A DNA stretch of 64,000 nucleotides from an uncultured Trueperaceae bacterium (GCA_963727505.1 CAVSGP010000002.1:1-64000); one strand, 5' to 3'. Counted from the first letter of the stretch, positions 27,377-40,947 are shown. The notes: generated from the letters alone by a model not told the origin. A program made the numbers and translations.

Positions 27377-29295
27377 TTCAGAACCCCCGTCAGCGCGGCG
27401 ACGACCACCAGCGTCACCACCCCGAGCAGCATCGCGAAGGCGTAGGCCCGCGCGAAGCCGCTCTGCAGCATGGTGATGAGCCTTCCGAGCAGCCCCACCG
27501 CAGCACCACCGCTGGAGAGCCCCCGGTCGACCACGTCACGGTCCAGGGTGGCGACGCCGCCGGCGATGCCTTCCCCCGAGGCCACGAAGAGGATGCGGTA
27601 GAGGGCGTCGAAGCCCAGCGCGCCGCGCGACGCGCCGGCCAGGTTGGAGTCCTTGAGAGCGGCCACGGGCGCGCCCTTGCGCACGTGGTAGACCCACCAG
27701 CCGACACCCAGGCCGATCGCAACCATCACGATGGAAAGGCCGATGAGCAGCCAGTCGGAGCCGGCGGCCAGATGGTTGAAGTCGACGGCCTGGGTGGCGG
27801 GCTCGAGCCAGCGCTGGATGAGGTTCGGGAAGGCGAACTCGGGCAGCCCCAGGTAGCCGACCACGACGCTGCCGACGGCAAGGATGCCGAGCGGCCAGGT
27901 CATCACCGGCGGCGACTCGTGCACGTGCTCGGCGGTGTGCTTGTCCACGCGCGAGCCACCGGCGAAGATGCCGTAGTACCAGCGGAACATGTAGGCCGCC
28001 GTCATGGCGGCGGTGATGAGCAGCAGGATGTAGATCACGTCTCCCCCGCTACCCGCCAGCAGGCCGCTGGTGAGGGTGCCGGAAAGGATGGCGTCCTTGC
28101 TGAAGAAGCCGGACAGGAACGGCACCCCGGAGATCGCCAACGTAGCGATGAGCGCCGTGGTGCCGGTGATCTTCATCTTGCGTCCCAGGCCGCCCATCTT
28201 GCGGATGTCCTGCTCGCCGCCCATGGCGTGGATGACGCTGCCGGCGGTGAGGAACAGCAGGGCCTTGAAGAAGGCGTGCGTCAACACGTGGAAGATGCCC
28301 ACCCAGTAGGCGCCCGCGCCGACCGCCGCGATCATGTAGCCGACCTGCGAGATGGTCGAGTAGGCCAGGATCTTCTTGATGTCGGTCTGGGCGAAGGCCG
28401 CGAAGGCGGCGATGAAGGCGGTGAGCGCGCCGACCCAGGCGACCGTGGTCGCCGCGTCGGGCGCCATGGCGTAGACCGCGCCGATACGGGCGATCAGGTA
28501 GACGCCGGCGGTGACCATGGTGGCGGCGTGGATCAGGGCGGAAACCGGCGTCGGGCCGGCCATGGCGTCGGGAAGCCACACCTGCAACGGCAACTGGGCC
28601 GACTTGCCGGTCGCCCCGAGCAGGTAGAACAGCCCGATCAGGGTGAGGGTAGCGGAGCCATAGAGCATGGCCGGCGCAGCGGCGTTGACCGCGGCGATGT
28701 TGAGCGTCCCGAAGACCTTGAACGTCAGGAACATCGCCAGCAGGAAGCCGACGTCACCGACGCGGTTGACGATGAACGCCTTGCGGCCGGCGTCGGGGTT
28801 GGCACGGTCGCGATACCAGAAGCCGATGAGCAGGTAGGAGCACACCCCCACCCCCTCCCAGCCGATGAACATCAGCGGGAAGGAATCGGCCATGACCAGC
28901 ACCAGCATGGCCGCCACGAACAGGTTGAGCTCGGCGAAGTAGCGGCTGTTGCCGTCGTCGCCGTGCATGTAGCCGATCGAGTAGATGTGGATGAGCAGGC
29001 CCACGCCGGTGATGATGAGCATCATCGTGACGCTGAGCCGATCGATCATGAAGCCGGCGTCGAGGTGCAACGTGCCAGCAGTGAGATAGCGCCAGAGCGT
29101 GACCTGCACGCCGTGATCGCTGCCCTGCAGCCCGAAGAACGCCAGCACCGCCAGCACGAAGCCCGCGGCCACCGCCAGGCTGGCGATGATGCCGGGCAGC
29201 GGCTCCTTGAGCGAACGACCGAAGAAGGCGTTGATCAGCGAGCCCACCAGGGCGAGCAGCGGCGCCAGGGCGGCCCACTGTACGACGTCGTTCAT
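27373..29295 (-). CDS. nuoL: NADH-quinone oxidoreductase subunit L
   Basis: GWEGVG, KSAQLPLQVWLPDAMAGPTPVSALIHAATMV, HAFFKALLFL. Confidence 0.96.
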   Translation of the reverse strand: MNDVVQWAALAPLLALVGSLINAFFGRSLKEPLPGIIASLAVAAGFVLAVLAFFGLQGSDHGVQVTLWRYLTAGTLHLDAGFMIDRLSVTMMLIITGVGLLIHIYSIGYMHGDDGNSRYFAELNLFVAAMLVLVMADSFPLMFIGWEGVGVCSYLLIGFWYRDRANPDAGRKAFIVNRVGDVGFLLAMFLTFKVFGTLNIAAVNAAAPAMLYGSATLTLIGLFYLLGATGKSAQLPLQVWLPDAMAGPTPVSALIHAATMVTAGVYLIARIGAVYAMAPDAATTVAWVGALTAFIAAFAAFAQTDIKKILAYSTISQVGYMIAAVGAGAYWVGIFHVLTHAFFKALLFLTAGSVIHAMGGEQDIRKMGGLGRKMKITGTTALIATLAISGVPFLSGFFSKDAILSGTLTSGLLAGSGGDVIYILLLITAAMTAAYMFRWYYGIFAGGSRVDKHTAEHVHESPPVMTWPLGILAVGSVVVGYLGLPEFAFPNLIQRWLEPATQAVDFNHLAAGSDWLLIGLSIVMVAIGLGVGWWVYHVRKGAPVAALKDSNLAGASRGALGFDALYRILFVASGEGIAGGVATLDRDVVDRGLSSGGAAVGLLGRLITMLQSGFARAYAFAMLLGVVTLVVVAALTGVLK

Positions 29296-29615
29296 AGCCT
29301 CACCTCGGACAGCTCATCGACATCCGTGCTCACGCGGTGGCGGAAGATCGAGACCAGGATCCCCAGCCCGACCGCCACCTCGGCGGCGGCGATGGCGAGG
29401 ATGATGAACACGGCCGCCTGGCCGGAGAGCGCGGGTTCGGCGCCACTGGCACTCCACTGGCGCGCGAAGGCGACGATCGCGAGGTTGGCGGCGTTGAGCA
29501 TGAGCTCTACCGACAGGAACACCATGATGGCGCTCCGCCGCGTCAGTACGCCGACCGACCCGATGGTCATCAGCAGCGCGCTGAGGGCGATGTAGTAGGG
29601 GGTCGGGACCATCAT
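29292..29615 (-). CDS. nuoK: NADH-quinone oxidoreductase subunit K
   Basis: SVELMLNAANL, AAAEVAVGL. Confidence 0.95.
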   Translation of the reverse strand: MMVPTPYYIALSALLMTIGSVGVLTRRSAIMVFLSVELMLNAANLAIVAFARQWSASGAEPALSGQAAVFIILAIAAAEVAVGLGILVSIFRHRVSTDVDELSEVRL

Positions 29616-29636
29616 GCACCCCTCCCTCGTGCGGAT

Positions 29637-30191
<555 letters not shown>

Positions 30192-30203
30192 GACCTCACC
30201 ATG

Positions 30204-30731
30204 TCAGTAGTCCACGCCTTCCAGCTCCGGCCGCGGTCCGGCCTCGAAGCCGAGGCGTACGTCCTTGCCGGCCTTCTCCGCCTCGCGGCGTTGCCACTTG
30301 CTGCCCTTGGTGCCGACCAGCATGTCCTGCTTGCCGTAGACGAAGTCCTGGTAGCGGTAGTCGGCGAGCTCGAACTCGTGGCCGAGCACCACCGCGCCGG
30401 TGGGGCAGGCTTCCTCGCAGAAACCGCAGAAGATGCAGCGCAGCATGTTGATCTCGTAGATCTTCGCGTAGCGCTCGCCCGCGGACGTGGGGTCGTTGGG
30501 GTCGTTCTCGGCCGCCTCGACGTAGATGGCGTAGGCGGGGCAAGCGGCGGCACAGAGGCTGCAGCCGATGCACTTCTCCAGGCCGGTGTCGGGATGCCGA
30601 AGAAGATGGTGGCGGCCCCGGAAACGCGGCATCACCTGCGCGCGTTGCTCCGGGTACCGGACCGTCACGGGGCGCTTGAACAGATGCCCGAGCGTGACGC
30701 CCATCCCCTTGGCCATGTCCAGAACACTCAT
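30204..30731 (-). CDS. nuoI: NADH-quinone oxidoreductase subunit I
   Basis: Two CxxCxxCxxxCP motifs. Confidence 0.96.
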   Translation of the reverse strand: MSVLDMAKGMGVTLGHLFKRPVTVRYPEQRAQVMPRFRGRHHLLRHPDTGLEKCIGCSLCAAACPAYAIYVEAAENDPNDPTSAGERYAKIYEINMLRCIFCGFCEEACPTGAVVLGHEFELADYRYQDFVYGKQDMLVGTKGSKWQRREAEKAGKDVRLGFEAGPRPELEGVDY

Positions 30732-30816
30732 TTAGGACGCACCTCCCATGGTGCCGGGGTCTTCGTGCCCGTTCCCGGTCGCGCGCTCGCGCGCGCAGGA
30801 ACGCACTCGCGTCGCG

Positions 30817-31833
30817 TCACAGCACAAAGGCGATCACCGCCCCTGTCAGCAACGCAGCGAAGAGTCCGATCTCGAACAGGTAGAGCCAGCCGAAGCGCAT
30901 CAGCTGGTCGTAGCGTAGGCGCATGAAGGTGGCCTTGAGCCAGATGAACAGGAAGATGAAGATCGCCATCTTCACGACCAGCCACACGATGGGCCAGTTC
31001 GCCATGCCCGGGATGATGGCGTTGAAGAAGCCGGGCGCGCGCCAGCCGCCCAGGAAGAGCGTGCTGATGAACGCGGCCGAAGTGAACATGTTGACGTACT
31101 CGGCCATCTGGTACAGCGCCCACTTGATCGAGGTGTACTCGGTCTGGTAGCCCGCGACCAGCTCCTGCTCGGCCTCGGGCAGGTCGAAGGGGACGCGGTT
31201 GATCTCGGCCGTGCCGGCGATCAGGAAGGCGACGAAGGCGATGATCAGCCCCGGCCACAGCCATGGGCTGATCGACCACACGTTCAGTTGCACCAGCTTC
31301 TGCAGGTTCAGCGTGCCGCCGATCATGATGACCGAGAGCACCGCCAGGCCCATGCCCAGCTCGTAGCTGATGATCTGAGCGCTCGAACGCAGGCTGCCCA
31401 GCAGCGAGTACTTGCTGTTGGACGCCCACCCGCCGAGGAAGATGCCGTAGACACCGACGCTGGTCATGGCCAGCACGTAGAGCACCCCGATGTCGAGGTT
31501 CATGACCCAGGGGTTGGCGCCGAACAGGCTCTTGGCGGGCCCGGCCGGGATGGCGCCGAACGCCACCAGCGCGAAGGTGATGCTGACCGCGGGCGCCAGC
31601 ACGTAGACCACCTTGTCGGCGGCCGACACGATGATGTCTTCCTTGAAGATCGCCTTGATGGCGTCGGCGATGGGCTGCAGCAGCCCGAACGGCCCGACCC
31701 GGTTGGGGCCGATGCGGTGCTGGAACGCACCCAGCAGTCGCCGTTCGATCAACGTCATGTAGGCGAAGCCGCCCAGCAGCACCAGGACCAGGACGAACGC
31801 CTTGACGAGGGTCACCCAGAGGGGGTCGCTCAT
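30817..31833 (-). CDS. nuoH: NADH-quinone oxidoreductase subunit H
   Basis: [38 protein letters not shown]. Confidence 0.96.
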   Translation of the reverse strand: MSDPLWVTLVKAFVLVLVLLGGFAYMTLIERRLLGAFQHRIGPNRVGPFGLLQPIADAIKAIFKEDIIVSAADKVVYVLAPAVSITFALVAFGAIPAGPAKSLFGANPWVMNLDIGVLYVLAMTSVGVYGIFLGGWASNSKYSLLGSLRSSAQIISYELGMGLAVLSVIMIGGTLNLQKLVQLNVWSISPWLWPGLIIAFVAFLIAGTAEINRVPFDLPEAEQELVAGYQTEYTSIKWALYQMAEYVNMFTSAAFISTLFLGGWRAPGFFNAIIPGMANWPIVWLVVKMAIFIFLFIWLKATFMRLRYDQLMRFGWLYLFEIGLFAALLTGAVIAFVL

Positions 31834-34306
31834 CCGGCCACCTCCAGCTCGCGTTCGTCACGCACCAGCGTGCTGAGGTCGGCCCTGGCCAGCCCGATCG
31901 GCTGTTCCGGAAGGGTAGGCAGCAGCATCAGACCGGACGGCACGGTGTCGTCGACGCGCACGGTGGCGCGCCGCAGCACCCCCCCGACCCGCAACCGGAC
32001 TGCGTCGCCGTCGGCAACGTTGTTCAGTGCCGCGTCGTCGGGCCCCATGCGGAGTCGCGGGCCGCCGCTGAGGGCGTTCAGGTGGGGGTTGCGGTGCAGG
32101 TACTCGATGCGCAGCATGCTCGGGACGACGAGGACGTTGCCCTCGACCGCCTCGCGGCTGCGGATGGCGACCTTCGCCGTCGTCCGGCCCTTGGACCGGT
32201 GCAGATGCCCGGTGGGACCGAGCTCGGCGGGATCGATCTCGAAGCGTTTGCGGAGCACACGGCGCGCGCTGCGGACGCTGCGACCCTCGAGCCGCTTCCC
32301 GAGCGCCTCGCCCAGCGCGCCGACCAGGCCGACGAAGTCCTCACTCTCGCCACCTTCGATCGATGCTGCGTGAACGCCCAGGAAGCGGCCCTCGAGGTTG
32401 ACGGTGGTGCCGTCCTTCTCGAACACGCTCTTGGCGGGCAGCACCACGTCGGCGAGCTGCGCCGTCTCGGTGAGGAAGAGGTCGTGGACGACCAGGAAGT
32501 CCTTCTGCTCGAGCTGCGCGCGGACGTCCGGGTCCTGCGCCGGGTCGAGGTTGGACAGGATCAGCGCGCGCGCCCCTTCGAGCATGTCGGGGTAGGCGTA
32601 GCGCTCGTGGCTGGGGCCGACACCGACGAGCTCGAGCCCGTAGCTGTCGGCCATCGGGCCGAGGATGAGCACTTTGGCCTCGACCGCCTTGGCGAAGGCG
32701 GTAGCGGCAGCGGCCGCCTCGCGAGTGGCCAGCACGAAGCCGCCGTAGACGAGGACGGCGTTGCCGGCACCGCGCAGACGCTTCACGAGCGCCTGCGCGT
32801 CCTCCAGGCTCATGCCAAGCGCGGCCCGCTGCCCATCGTCGAGCTGGGGGGCGGCTTCGGATTCCTCGGCTTCGTCCGCCTGCTCGAGCTCCGCAACGGC
32901 CTGCAGCGCCTGGAACAGGGCGGCCTCGCCGCCGGCGGGGTACTGCAGCGCGCTGCCGGCGTGCTTCATGAGATCGACGCGGTACGGCGCCGCCACCGTG
33001 AGTCTGTCCCGATGCACGACCGGGTGCTCCTTGAGCCGCAGGTCGGCGATGGGCACGCCGTGCGCCATGAGCTCCGGCGGGGTGACGCCCTTGAGCGCGT
33101 CCTTGATGCGCAGGTCGGCGATCGGGACCTCCTCGGTCACGTCGCCGACGACGAAGATGGCGTCGGCGGTGGCAAGGTCGGTCAGGGTGGCGGGGTTCTG
33201 CTGCGGGATCACCGACGCCGCGGGGCGCGGGGCGTGATCGAGCTGCCCGGTGCCGAGAGCTTCGGCCAGGGCCTTCGCCGCGATCCCCTCCTCGAGCGTG
33301 GCGTCGGCACGCAGCGCGATGCCGATGTCCTTGCCGCTGAGGCCAGCGAGTCGGTCGCGGATGGCGGCGGCCGCGTCCTCCCAGGTCACGGCCACGAGCT
33401 CGCCGTTCCGTCGGATCATGGGGGAGCGCACGCGGTCCTCGGAGTTGACGTACTCGTGCCCGAAGCGGGTGCCGTCGTCGATCCAGGTCTTGTTGACGTC
33501 GGGGTGCAGCGCGGCCTTGACGCGCTCGATGCGGCCGGTGCGGCCGTCCACCATGATGGCGCTTCCGGAGGCGTCGTCCATGCCGGTGGAACGGGTGTGC
33601 TGGTACTCCCAGTTGCGGCCGCGGAAGCGGCTCGTGGAGTCGAGCAGCGCACCGACCGGGCAGATGTCGGTGATGTTGCCGGTGAAGTTGCTGGGCAAGC
33701 CGTCCTCGAGCGTACCGATGTAGGTGTGCCCGCCGCGCTCGATGAAATCGAGCACCGAGTCGCCGGGGACCTCCTCGAAGTACCGCACGCAGCGCTTGCA
33801 GTGGATGCAGCGCTCGCGGTCCAGCGTGATCACCTCGGACAGGGGGTGGTGCTTCTCCTGGTGCCGCTTGTCGAAGTCGAAGCGGCTCAAGCCGGTGCCG
33901 TACTCGTAGGAGCGGTCCTGCAGCTCGCAGGCGCCGCCCTTGTCGCAAACCGGGCAGTCGAGCGGGTGGTTGATGAGGGTGAACTCCACCATCCCGTTCT
34001 GGATGTTCTTGACGTCCTCGGAGAGGGTGTCGACGACCATCCCCTCCATCACCTGCGTCGTGCAGGTTGCCATCATGTTGGGGAAGTAGAAGATCTTGGG
34101 CTCGCCGGACTCCTCTTCCAGGATCCAGTTGCCCTCCTTGTCCTTGCGGGGAGCGCCGACGCGAGCCAGGCACATGCGACAGGCCCCGATGGGCGACATG
34201 TACTCCTGGCTGCAGAAGTAGGGGACGTCGTAGCCCGAGGCGAAGATGGCGTCGATGACGCTGGTGCCCTGCGGGAAATCCATCGAGACGTCGTTGATGG
34301 TTACCT

Positions 34307-34310
<4 letters not shown>
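31830..34310 (-). CDS. nuoG: NADH-quinone oxidoreductase subunit G
   Basis: [41 protein letters not shown]. Confidence 0.95.
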
Positions 34311-35658
<1,348 letters not shown>

Positions 35659-35659
<1 letters not shown>

Positions 35660-36270
35660 CAGCCCTCCCCCTCTCCCGTGGATGCACGGCCGGCGGCCGC
35701 GCTCATGAGGAAGTCGGCTTTCTCGGCGCCCTCGTTGTCGCCGCCACGCGCGCGCCACGCTTCCGGCATCTCGCCCTGCTTCAGCGCGTCGATGAGCTGG
35801 TCACAGCGCGCACGGCCGACGCGCTCGTAGTAGACGTCGTTGACCTGCAGTACCGGGCCGGTGCCGCAGGAACCGAGGCACTCGACCTTCTGGACGCTGA
35901 AGCGACCCTCGGCGTCCGTCTCGCCGTTGACGATGCCGAGCTTCTCGACCAGGTAGTCGTAGAGCTGGTCGCTACCGGCGAGCGAGCAGGAGAGCGTGGA
36001 GCAGACCTGCAGATGGTACTTGCCCACCGGCTCGCCGTGGTATTCGGAATAGAAGCTCATCACGCCCTTGACTTCGGTGGGGTGGATGTCCAGGATCTCC
36101 GCGATCTCGGCGATGCGCGCCTCGCTGACGTGGCGCTCTGCGTCCTGGACCTCCCACAGCAGGGGCATGACGGCGCTGCGCTTCCCGACCTCGGGATAGC
36201 GCCCGAGGATCTCGCGTACGAGGTCCTCCTTGTCGGCGAAGAAGGGGGGGATGGTGTCCAGTTCAACCAT
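35659..36270 (-). CDS. nuoE: NADH-quinone oxidoreductase subunit E
   Basis: CSTLSC...ECLGSC 2Fe-2S motif. Confidence 0.95.
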
Positions 36271-36336
36271 GTTCGTTCCTCACGGCAGCGCGAGCCTCCG
36301 GCCGCCCCTCGACGGTCCGCACGATGCTGGCGCGCC

Positions 36337-37566
36337 TCACTTGTCCACGTCTCCCAGCACCGGGTCGAGGCTGGCGATGTTCATCACCATGTCCGCGAAC
36401 AGGCCGCCTACGCACATCGGTTCCAGCGACTGCAGGTTGATCAGGCTCGGCACCCGGATCTTGACGCGATAGGGCATCGATCCGCCGTCGCTGACGATGT
36501 AGTAGCCGAGCTCGCCGCGGGCGCTCTCGGTGGCCACGTAGACCTCGCCACGAGGTGCGTGGAAGCCCTCGGTGACCAGCTTGAAGTGGAAGATCACCGC
36601 CTCCATCGAGTTCTCCAGCTCGCTCCGGGGAGGCAGGCTGATGCGGCGGTCGGGGTCCTTGATCGGGCCCGGCTCGAGGCGGTCGAGCGCCTGGCGGACG
36701 ATCTTCAGGCTCTCGCGCATCTCGTCGATCCGGATCCGCAGGCGGCTCAGCAGGTCCCCCTCGGTGTAGGTGGGCACGTTGAAGTCGTAGTCCTCGTAGC
36801 CGCTGTAGGGAACTGTCTTGCGAAGGTCGATGGGCACGCCGCTGGCCCGCAGGCTCGGTCCCGTGAGGCCGTGGTCGATCGCCGTCTCGCGGGACAGGAT
36901 GCCGACACCCCTCGTGCGGTGTAGGAAGATGTCGTTCTTCGCGAACAGCCGCTCGTACTGCTCGATCATCTTCGGGAAGCTGCTCAAGAAGGCGCGCGCG
37001 GCAGGCACGAACTCTTCGGGAACGTCGCGGTAGAGACCGCCGACACGGAAGTAGCCGTAGTTCATCCGCACGCCACAGACCATCTCGAACAGGTCGAGGA
37101 TCTGCTCGCGCTCGCGCATGGTGTAGAAGAACGGCGTCAGCGCGCCCATGTCGAGGAGCCCGGTACCGACGAAGAGCAGGTGGCTGGCGATGCGGTTGAG
37201 CTCCACCAGCGCGACCCGGAGGCGCTGGGCACGCTCGGGAACCTTGGCGTCGAGCAGCTTCTCGACCGACAGCACGTACGCGAGGTCGTGGGTGAACCCC
37301 GTCACGTAGTCCATGCGGTTGGTATAGGTGACGCCCTGCTGGTACGTGCGGTTCTCCATCGTCTTCTCGAAGCCGGTATGGAGATAGCCGATCTGGGGCT
37401 TGAGGGCGACGATCTGCTCGCCGTCCAGGTCGACTACCAGACGCAACACGCCATGCGTGCTGGGGTGCTGCGGGCCGACGTTGAGCCGCATGTACTTGGT
37501 CTCGAACTCGCCGTGCCGCTCCTCGCGGGTCACGGTGGCGGCGTGGCCGAGGTCCTTGACGCTCAC
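36337..37566 (-). CDS. nuoD: NADH-quinone oxidoreductase subunit D
   Basis: [32 protein letters not shown]. Confidence 0.96.
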   Translation of the reverse strand: MSVKDLGHAATVTREERHGEFETKYMRLNVGPQHPSTHGVLRLVVDLDGEQIVALKPQIGYLHTGFEKTMENRTYQQGVTYTNRMDYVTGFTHDLAYVLSVEKLLDAKVPERAQRLRVALVELNRIASHLLFVGTGLLDMGALTPFFYTMREREQILDLFEMVCGVRMNYGYFRVGGLYRDVPEEFVPAARAFLSSFPKMIEQYERLFAKNDIFLHRTRGVGILSRETAIDHGLTGPSLRASGVPIDLRKTVPYSGYEDYDFNVPTYTEGDLLSRLRIRIDEMRESLKIVRQALDRLEPGPIKDPDRRISLPPRSELENSMEAVIFHFKLVTEGFHAPRGEVYVATESARGELGYYIVSDGGSMPYRVKIRVPSLINLQSLEPMCVGGLFADMVMNIASLDPVLGDVDK

Positions 37567-38201
37567 GGCTTTCCACTCTCCTTGCCGTGCATGCCGGCGC
37601 CCTGGCCGGGCTCCTGCTCGCTGCGCGTCCCCTTGGCGGCGCCGCCCTTCCAGCCCGTCAGGCCGGAGTCAGCACCGACCAGGCCGGCGCGGAAGGCGGC
37701 CGGGTCGAGGAACCGGCCCTCGTTGAAGAGCGTCGGCGTCTCGCCCAGCGGGAAATCCTTGCGGTGCGGGTGGCCGTCGAAATCCTCGGGCAACAGCAGC
37801 CGGCGCAAGTCGGGGTGCCCTTCGAACGCCACACCGAACATGTCGTAGACCTCGCGTTCCATGAACATCGCGGCCTTGAACAGGTGGGTGATGGTCGGCA
37901 GGCTCTCGCCCTCGTCGACGTCGACGCGCAGGAACACGCGCTCGGTGCCTTCGAGGTTGCGCAGGTTGTAGGCCACCGTGAAGCGCTTTCCCTGGTGACC
38001 GGGGTAGGTGAGGTAGTCGATCCCGAAAACATCGGCGATCATCTCGAAACCGCCGTCCTTGGCGATCCGGACGGCGTCGACGATGCTCTCCCTGGGTATG
38101 GTCACGCTGACCATACCCAGGGACTCACGGAGGACGCCACCGAGGGGATCGAGCTTCGCCACGACGGCTTGGGTGGCGGCCGCGAGATCGAGCTGGCTCA
38201 C
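37563..38201 (-). CDS. nuoC: NADH-quinone oxidoreductase subunit C
   Basis: [32 protein letters not shown] start overlaps the nuoB stop. Confidence 0.94.
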   Translation of the reverse strand: MSQLDLAAATQAVVAKLDPLGGVLRESLGMVSVTIPRESIVDAVRIAKDGGFEMIADVFGIDYLTYPGHQGKRFTVAYNLRNLEGTERVFLRVDVDEGESLPTITHLFKAAMFMEREVYDMFGVAFEGHPDLRRLLLPEDFDGHPHRKDFPLGETPTLFNEGRFLDPAAFRAGLVGADSGLTGWKGGAAKGTRSEQEPGQGAGMHGKESGKP

Positions 38202-38740
38202 CGCGACCACCCCTCGACCATCGGGAGCTGCACCCCGTGCTCGTCGAAGGCCTCGCCCCGCACCTTCTTCTGGAGCTGCATCACCGCGAAGACCAGTGCC
38301 TCCGGTCGTGGCGGGCAGCCGGGCACGAAGATGTCGACGGGTACCACCGAGTCGACGTTCTGCACGATGGCGTAGTTGTTGAACATGCCGCCCGAGGACG
38401 CGCACGCCCCCATCGAGATCACCCACTTGGGATCGGGCATCTGTTCATACACGCGCCGCATGATGGGCGCCATCTTCTTCGACAGCCGCCCGGCCACGAT
38501 CATCACGTCGGCCTGACGCGGGCTGGCTCGGAAGACCTCCGAACCGAAGCGCGCCATGTCGTTGCGGGCGTTGGTCGACTGCATCATCTCGATGGCACAG
38601 CAAGCCAGTCCGAAGGTGGCGGGCCACAGACTGTTGCTGCGGCCCCACGCCACCAGCTTCTCCAGCGACGAGAAGAGGATGCCCTCGTTCTCGAGCTCCT
38701 GGACGTCCTTTTCGAATAGATCTCTTAGGCCCATGCTCAC
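38198..38740 (-). CDS. nuoB: NADH-quinone oxidoreductase subunit B
   Basis: [24 protein letters not shown]; start may be ATG 38734. Confidence 0.96.
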   Translation of the reverse strand: MSMGLRDLFEKDVQELENEGILFSSLEKLVAWGRSNSLWPATFGLACCAIEMMQSTNARNDMARFGSEVFRASPRQADVMIVAGRLSKKMAPIMRRVYEQMPDPKWVISMGACASSGGMFNNYAIVQNVDSVVPVDIFVPGCPPRPEALVFAVMQLQKKVRGEAFDEHGVQLPMVEGWSR

Positions 38741-39084
38741 TTCCAGAACAGGACACCCTTGCGGAGGATGTACAGGTATCCGACCGCCAGGATGATCACG
38801 AACAGGATGGCCTGCACGTACAGGAACGTGGGCGCCTCCCGGAACTTGACCGCCAGCGGGTAGAAGAACGCGGTCTCCAGGTCGAAGATGATGAAGAGCA
38901 TGGCGACCATGTAGAAGTGCACCGGAAAGCGCTCACGCGCGCTGCCCGAAGCCGGGACCCCCGACTCGTAGGCGGCGAGCTTGGTCTTCGTCCCCTTCTT
39001 GGGGCCGAGCAGCGCACTCGCACCGATCGCGGCCGCGGCGATGAAGCCGGCCGCGATGAACATCATGAGAACGTCTAGGTACAA
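38737..39084 (-). CDS. nuoA: NADH-quinone oxidoreductase subunit A
   Basis: [22 protein letters not shown] start with AAGGAG RBS. Confidence 0.93.
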   Translation of the reverse strand: MYLDVLMMFIAAGFIAAAAIGASALLGPKKGTKTKLAAYESGVPASGSARERFPVHFYMVAMLFIIFDLETAFFYPLAVKFREAPTFLYVQAILFVIILAVGYLYILRKGVLFWK

Positions 39085-39148
39085 GGTTCTCCTTCACTCC
39101 CTTCGACGAGCGGGAAAGACCCTCTCCGACGTGTGAAACCCGGCTTCC

Positions 39149-39212
39149 ATGTGCCCAGTTTCACAACCTTTCAACATCGGCAAGTCTACCAAAGGACGGA
39201 ACCCGCCAACAA
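39149..39212 (-). promoter_or_regulatory. Putative nuo promoter with downstream Rex-like operator
   Basis: Minus strand TTGTTG -18 nt- TAGACT (extended TG), then TTGTGAA-actg-GGCACAT (39166-39149). Confidence 0.5.
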
Positions 39213-39600
39213 GGGAAGAACGACCGACAACACGCCCCTGGGGGAGGGGGGTTGGTCGGCGCGAAGGCACACCCGGTCGACAGGCGGATCTCCTCACGCC
39301 TCCCATTGTGCTCCTTTACCGCACGCCACCTGCAACCCGGACCACGACATCCGCCTTTCGTGCGTCGCCGGCGAACGAAAGACGATCGGGCCGGCCCCCT
39401 GCCCGTGGGTGGTACTGGCAGGGTGGTGCTGGCAGGAGCACCTCACGCGCGCCTCCGCAACCCCTTCGCAACCCCTTTGCAGCCGGTTCCACGCGCCCCG
39501 AGGATCGCCGCTCGACGCCCCCCGGCCGGCACCCCGAAGCGCCTCCGGCAGGACCCCGAGAACCCCCTTGGGAACGCCAACTTTCGCGTTCCGGCGGGCC

Positions 39601-39629
39601 TTGACATCCCCTGGGGGCGTCCATATACT
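39601..39629 (+). promoter_or_regulatory. sigma70-type promoter of the tRNA pair
   Basis: TTGACA -17 nt- TATACT. Confidence 0.85.
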
Positions 39630-39641
39630 ACTGAGGCTGTT

Positions 39642-39717
39642 GGGTCGTTAGCTCAGTTGGTAGAGCAGCTGACTTTTAATCAGCGGGTCATAGGTTCGAG
39701 TCCTATACGACCCACCA
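39642..39717 (+). tRNA. tRNA-Lys (TTT)
   Basis: Cloverleaf GGGTCGT...ACGACCC-ACCA; anticodon loop CT-TTT-AA; GGTTCGAGTCC. Confidence 0.97.
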
Positions 39718-39727
39718 CAAGATGATT

Positions 39728-39803
39728 GGCCCCTTCGACTAGCGGTTCAGGTCACCACCCTTTCAAGGTGGCGGCACGGGTTCGAATCCCGTAGGGGTCA
39801 CCA
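39728..39803 (+). tRNA. tRNA-Glu (TTC)
   Basis: GGCCCCT...AGGGGTC-ACCA; CCACC-CT-TTC-AA-GGTGG; GGTTCGAATCC. Confidence 0.97.
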
Positions 39804-39804
39804 G

Positions 39805-39834
39805 AAACGGAGGCGCGATGAGCGCCTCCTTTCT
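39805..39834 (+). terminator. Intrinsic terminator after the tRNAs
   Basis: ggaggcgc-gatga-gcgcctcc-tttct, with an A tract on the other side. Confidence 0.75.
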
Positions 39835-39840
39835 ACTTGG

Positions 39841-40506
39841 CTACCCGTCGGCGCCGTCCCGACCAAGGCCCGCCAGGTAGCGTGGAACGGCCACGCTCTC
39901 CGGCACGCTGGTAGCGGCGATGGGCGTCCCCGGCTCCAGCCTTAGCGGCACCCATCCAGCCCACACGTCCGTTCCCTCCACCGCGGCATCGTCCCCGGGC
40001 GGGCCGGAGCGGACCTTCGCCGACGCCTCGTCCATCGAGAGGGCAAGCACCGTCGTCGCCTCGAGCTCTCGTTGATCGGGCGGCCGCACGTCCGCCCAGC
40101 GGCCGGGCATCACGTGCTCGGTGAAGGCTCGCAGGGCGGCCATCTTCTCGTCTTCCTCTTCGACAAGGCGCGCCCGTCCGAAGACCATCACCGAGCGGTA
40201 GTTCACCGAGTGCTCGAAGGCCGAGCGCGCCAGCACCAGGCCGTCGAGTAGGGTCACGGTCAGGCACACGTCGCAGCCACCGGCGAGCGACCGCATCATG
40301 CGGCTGACGGGTGAGCCGTGGAGGTACACGGCGTCCAGAATCCGCGCATGGAGCGTCGGGACGACGACCGGCGCGCCGTCGTGGACGAAGCCGACGTGGC
40401 ACACGAGCCCCTCGTCGAGGATCGCGTCGATGGTCTCGCGGTCGAAGGTACCCCGCTCGGGGTGGCGCCCCAGCTTGGTGCGCGCGCTTGGCGCTGCCTG
40501 TGGCAT
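39841..40506 (-). CDS. Pyridoxamine 5'-phosphate oxidase-like (NimA-like) flavin-binding protein
   Basis: ILDEGLVCHVGF, YLHGS, DGLVLARSAFEHSVNYRSV, SAKVRSGPP. Confidence 0.88.
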   Translation of the reverse strand: MPQAAPSARTKLGRHPERGTFDRETIDAILDEGLVCHVGFVHDGAPVVVPTLHARILDAVYLHGSPVSRMMRSLAGGCDVCLTVTLLDGLVLARSAFEHSVNYRSVMVFGRARLVEEEDEKMAALRAFTEHVMPGRWADVRPPDQRELEATTVLALSMDEASAKVRSGPPGDDAAVEGTDVWAGWVPLRLEPGTPIAATSVPESVAVPRYLAGLGRDGADG

Positions 40507-40692
40507 GGCGCCATGATAGCGGCGACCGCCCGTGAACTTCCCCACTCGCCGCACGCCCGTCACCGCTCCCGCCTTCCCGAGACACGCGCGAGCAACCCGC
40601 TCCTGGACGGCATGCTCGAGGCGAGAGCACACCGGTTGGCGGCACCGACGCGTAAGCGTTCCGTCAGCCGCGCCCCGCTAGCGTGCTGCACG

Positions 40693-40947
40693 ATGAACGA
40701 CGCGATCCCCTTCACCATCCGCACGAAGTTGACGAACGCAATGGGGGATGTGGAAGACCTGGCCACGGCCAAGGGTCTCGCGCAGGTGTTCGCGATGGAG
40801 CTCTTCTCGCTCCGTAAGACGGTCGAGGAAGCCACGGATCTGGGCGACCTGGAGATGGCCGACAAGGCCCTCGGGGACGCCCGCGTCCTCTGGGGGCTGC
40901 TGCGTGGCACGCCCGGGCGCTACTGGGAGGTGGGCGCCCTGTCCTGA
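40693..40947 (+). CDS. Small hypothetical protein (84 aa)
   Basis: Protein-like helical composition and GC3 bias; TAGCGT just upstream. Confidence 0.6.
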   Translation: MNDAIPFTIRTKLTNAMGDVEDLATAKGLAQVFAMELFSLRKTVEEATDLGDLEMADKALGDARVLWGLLRGTPGRYWEVGALS

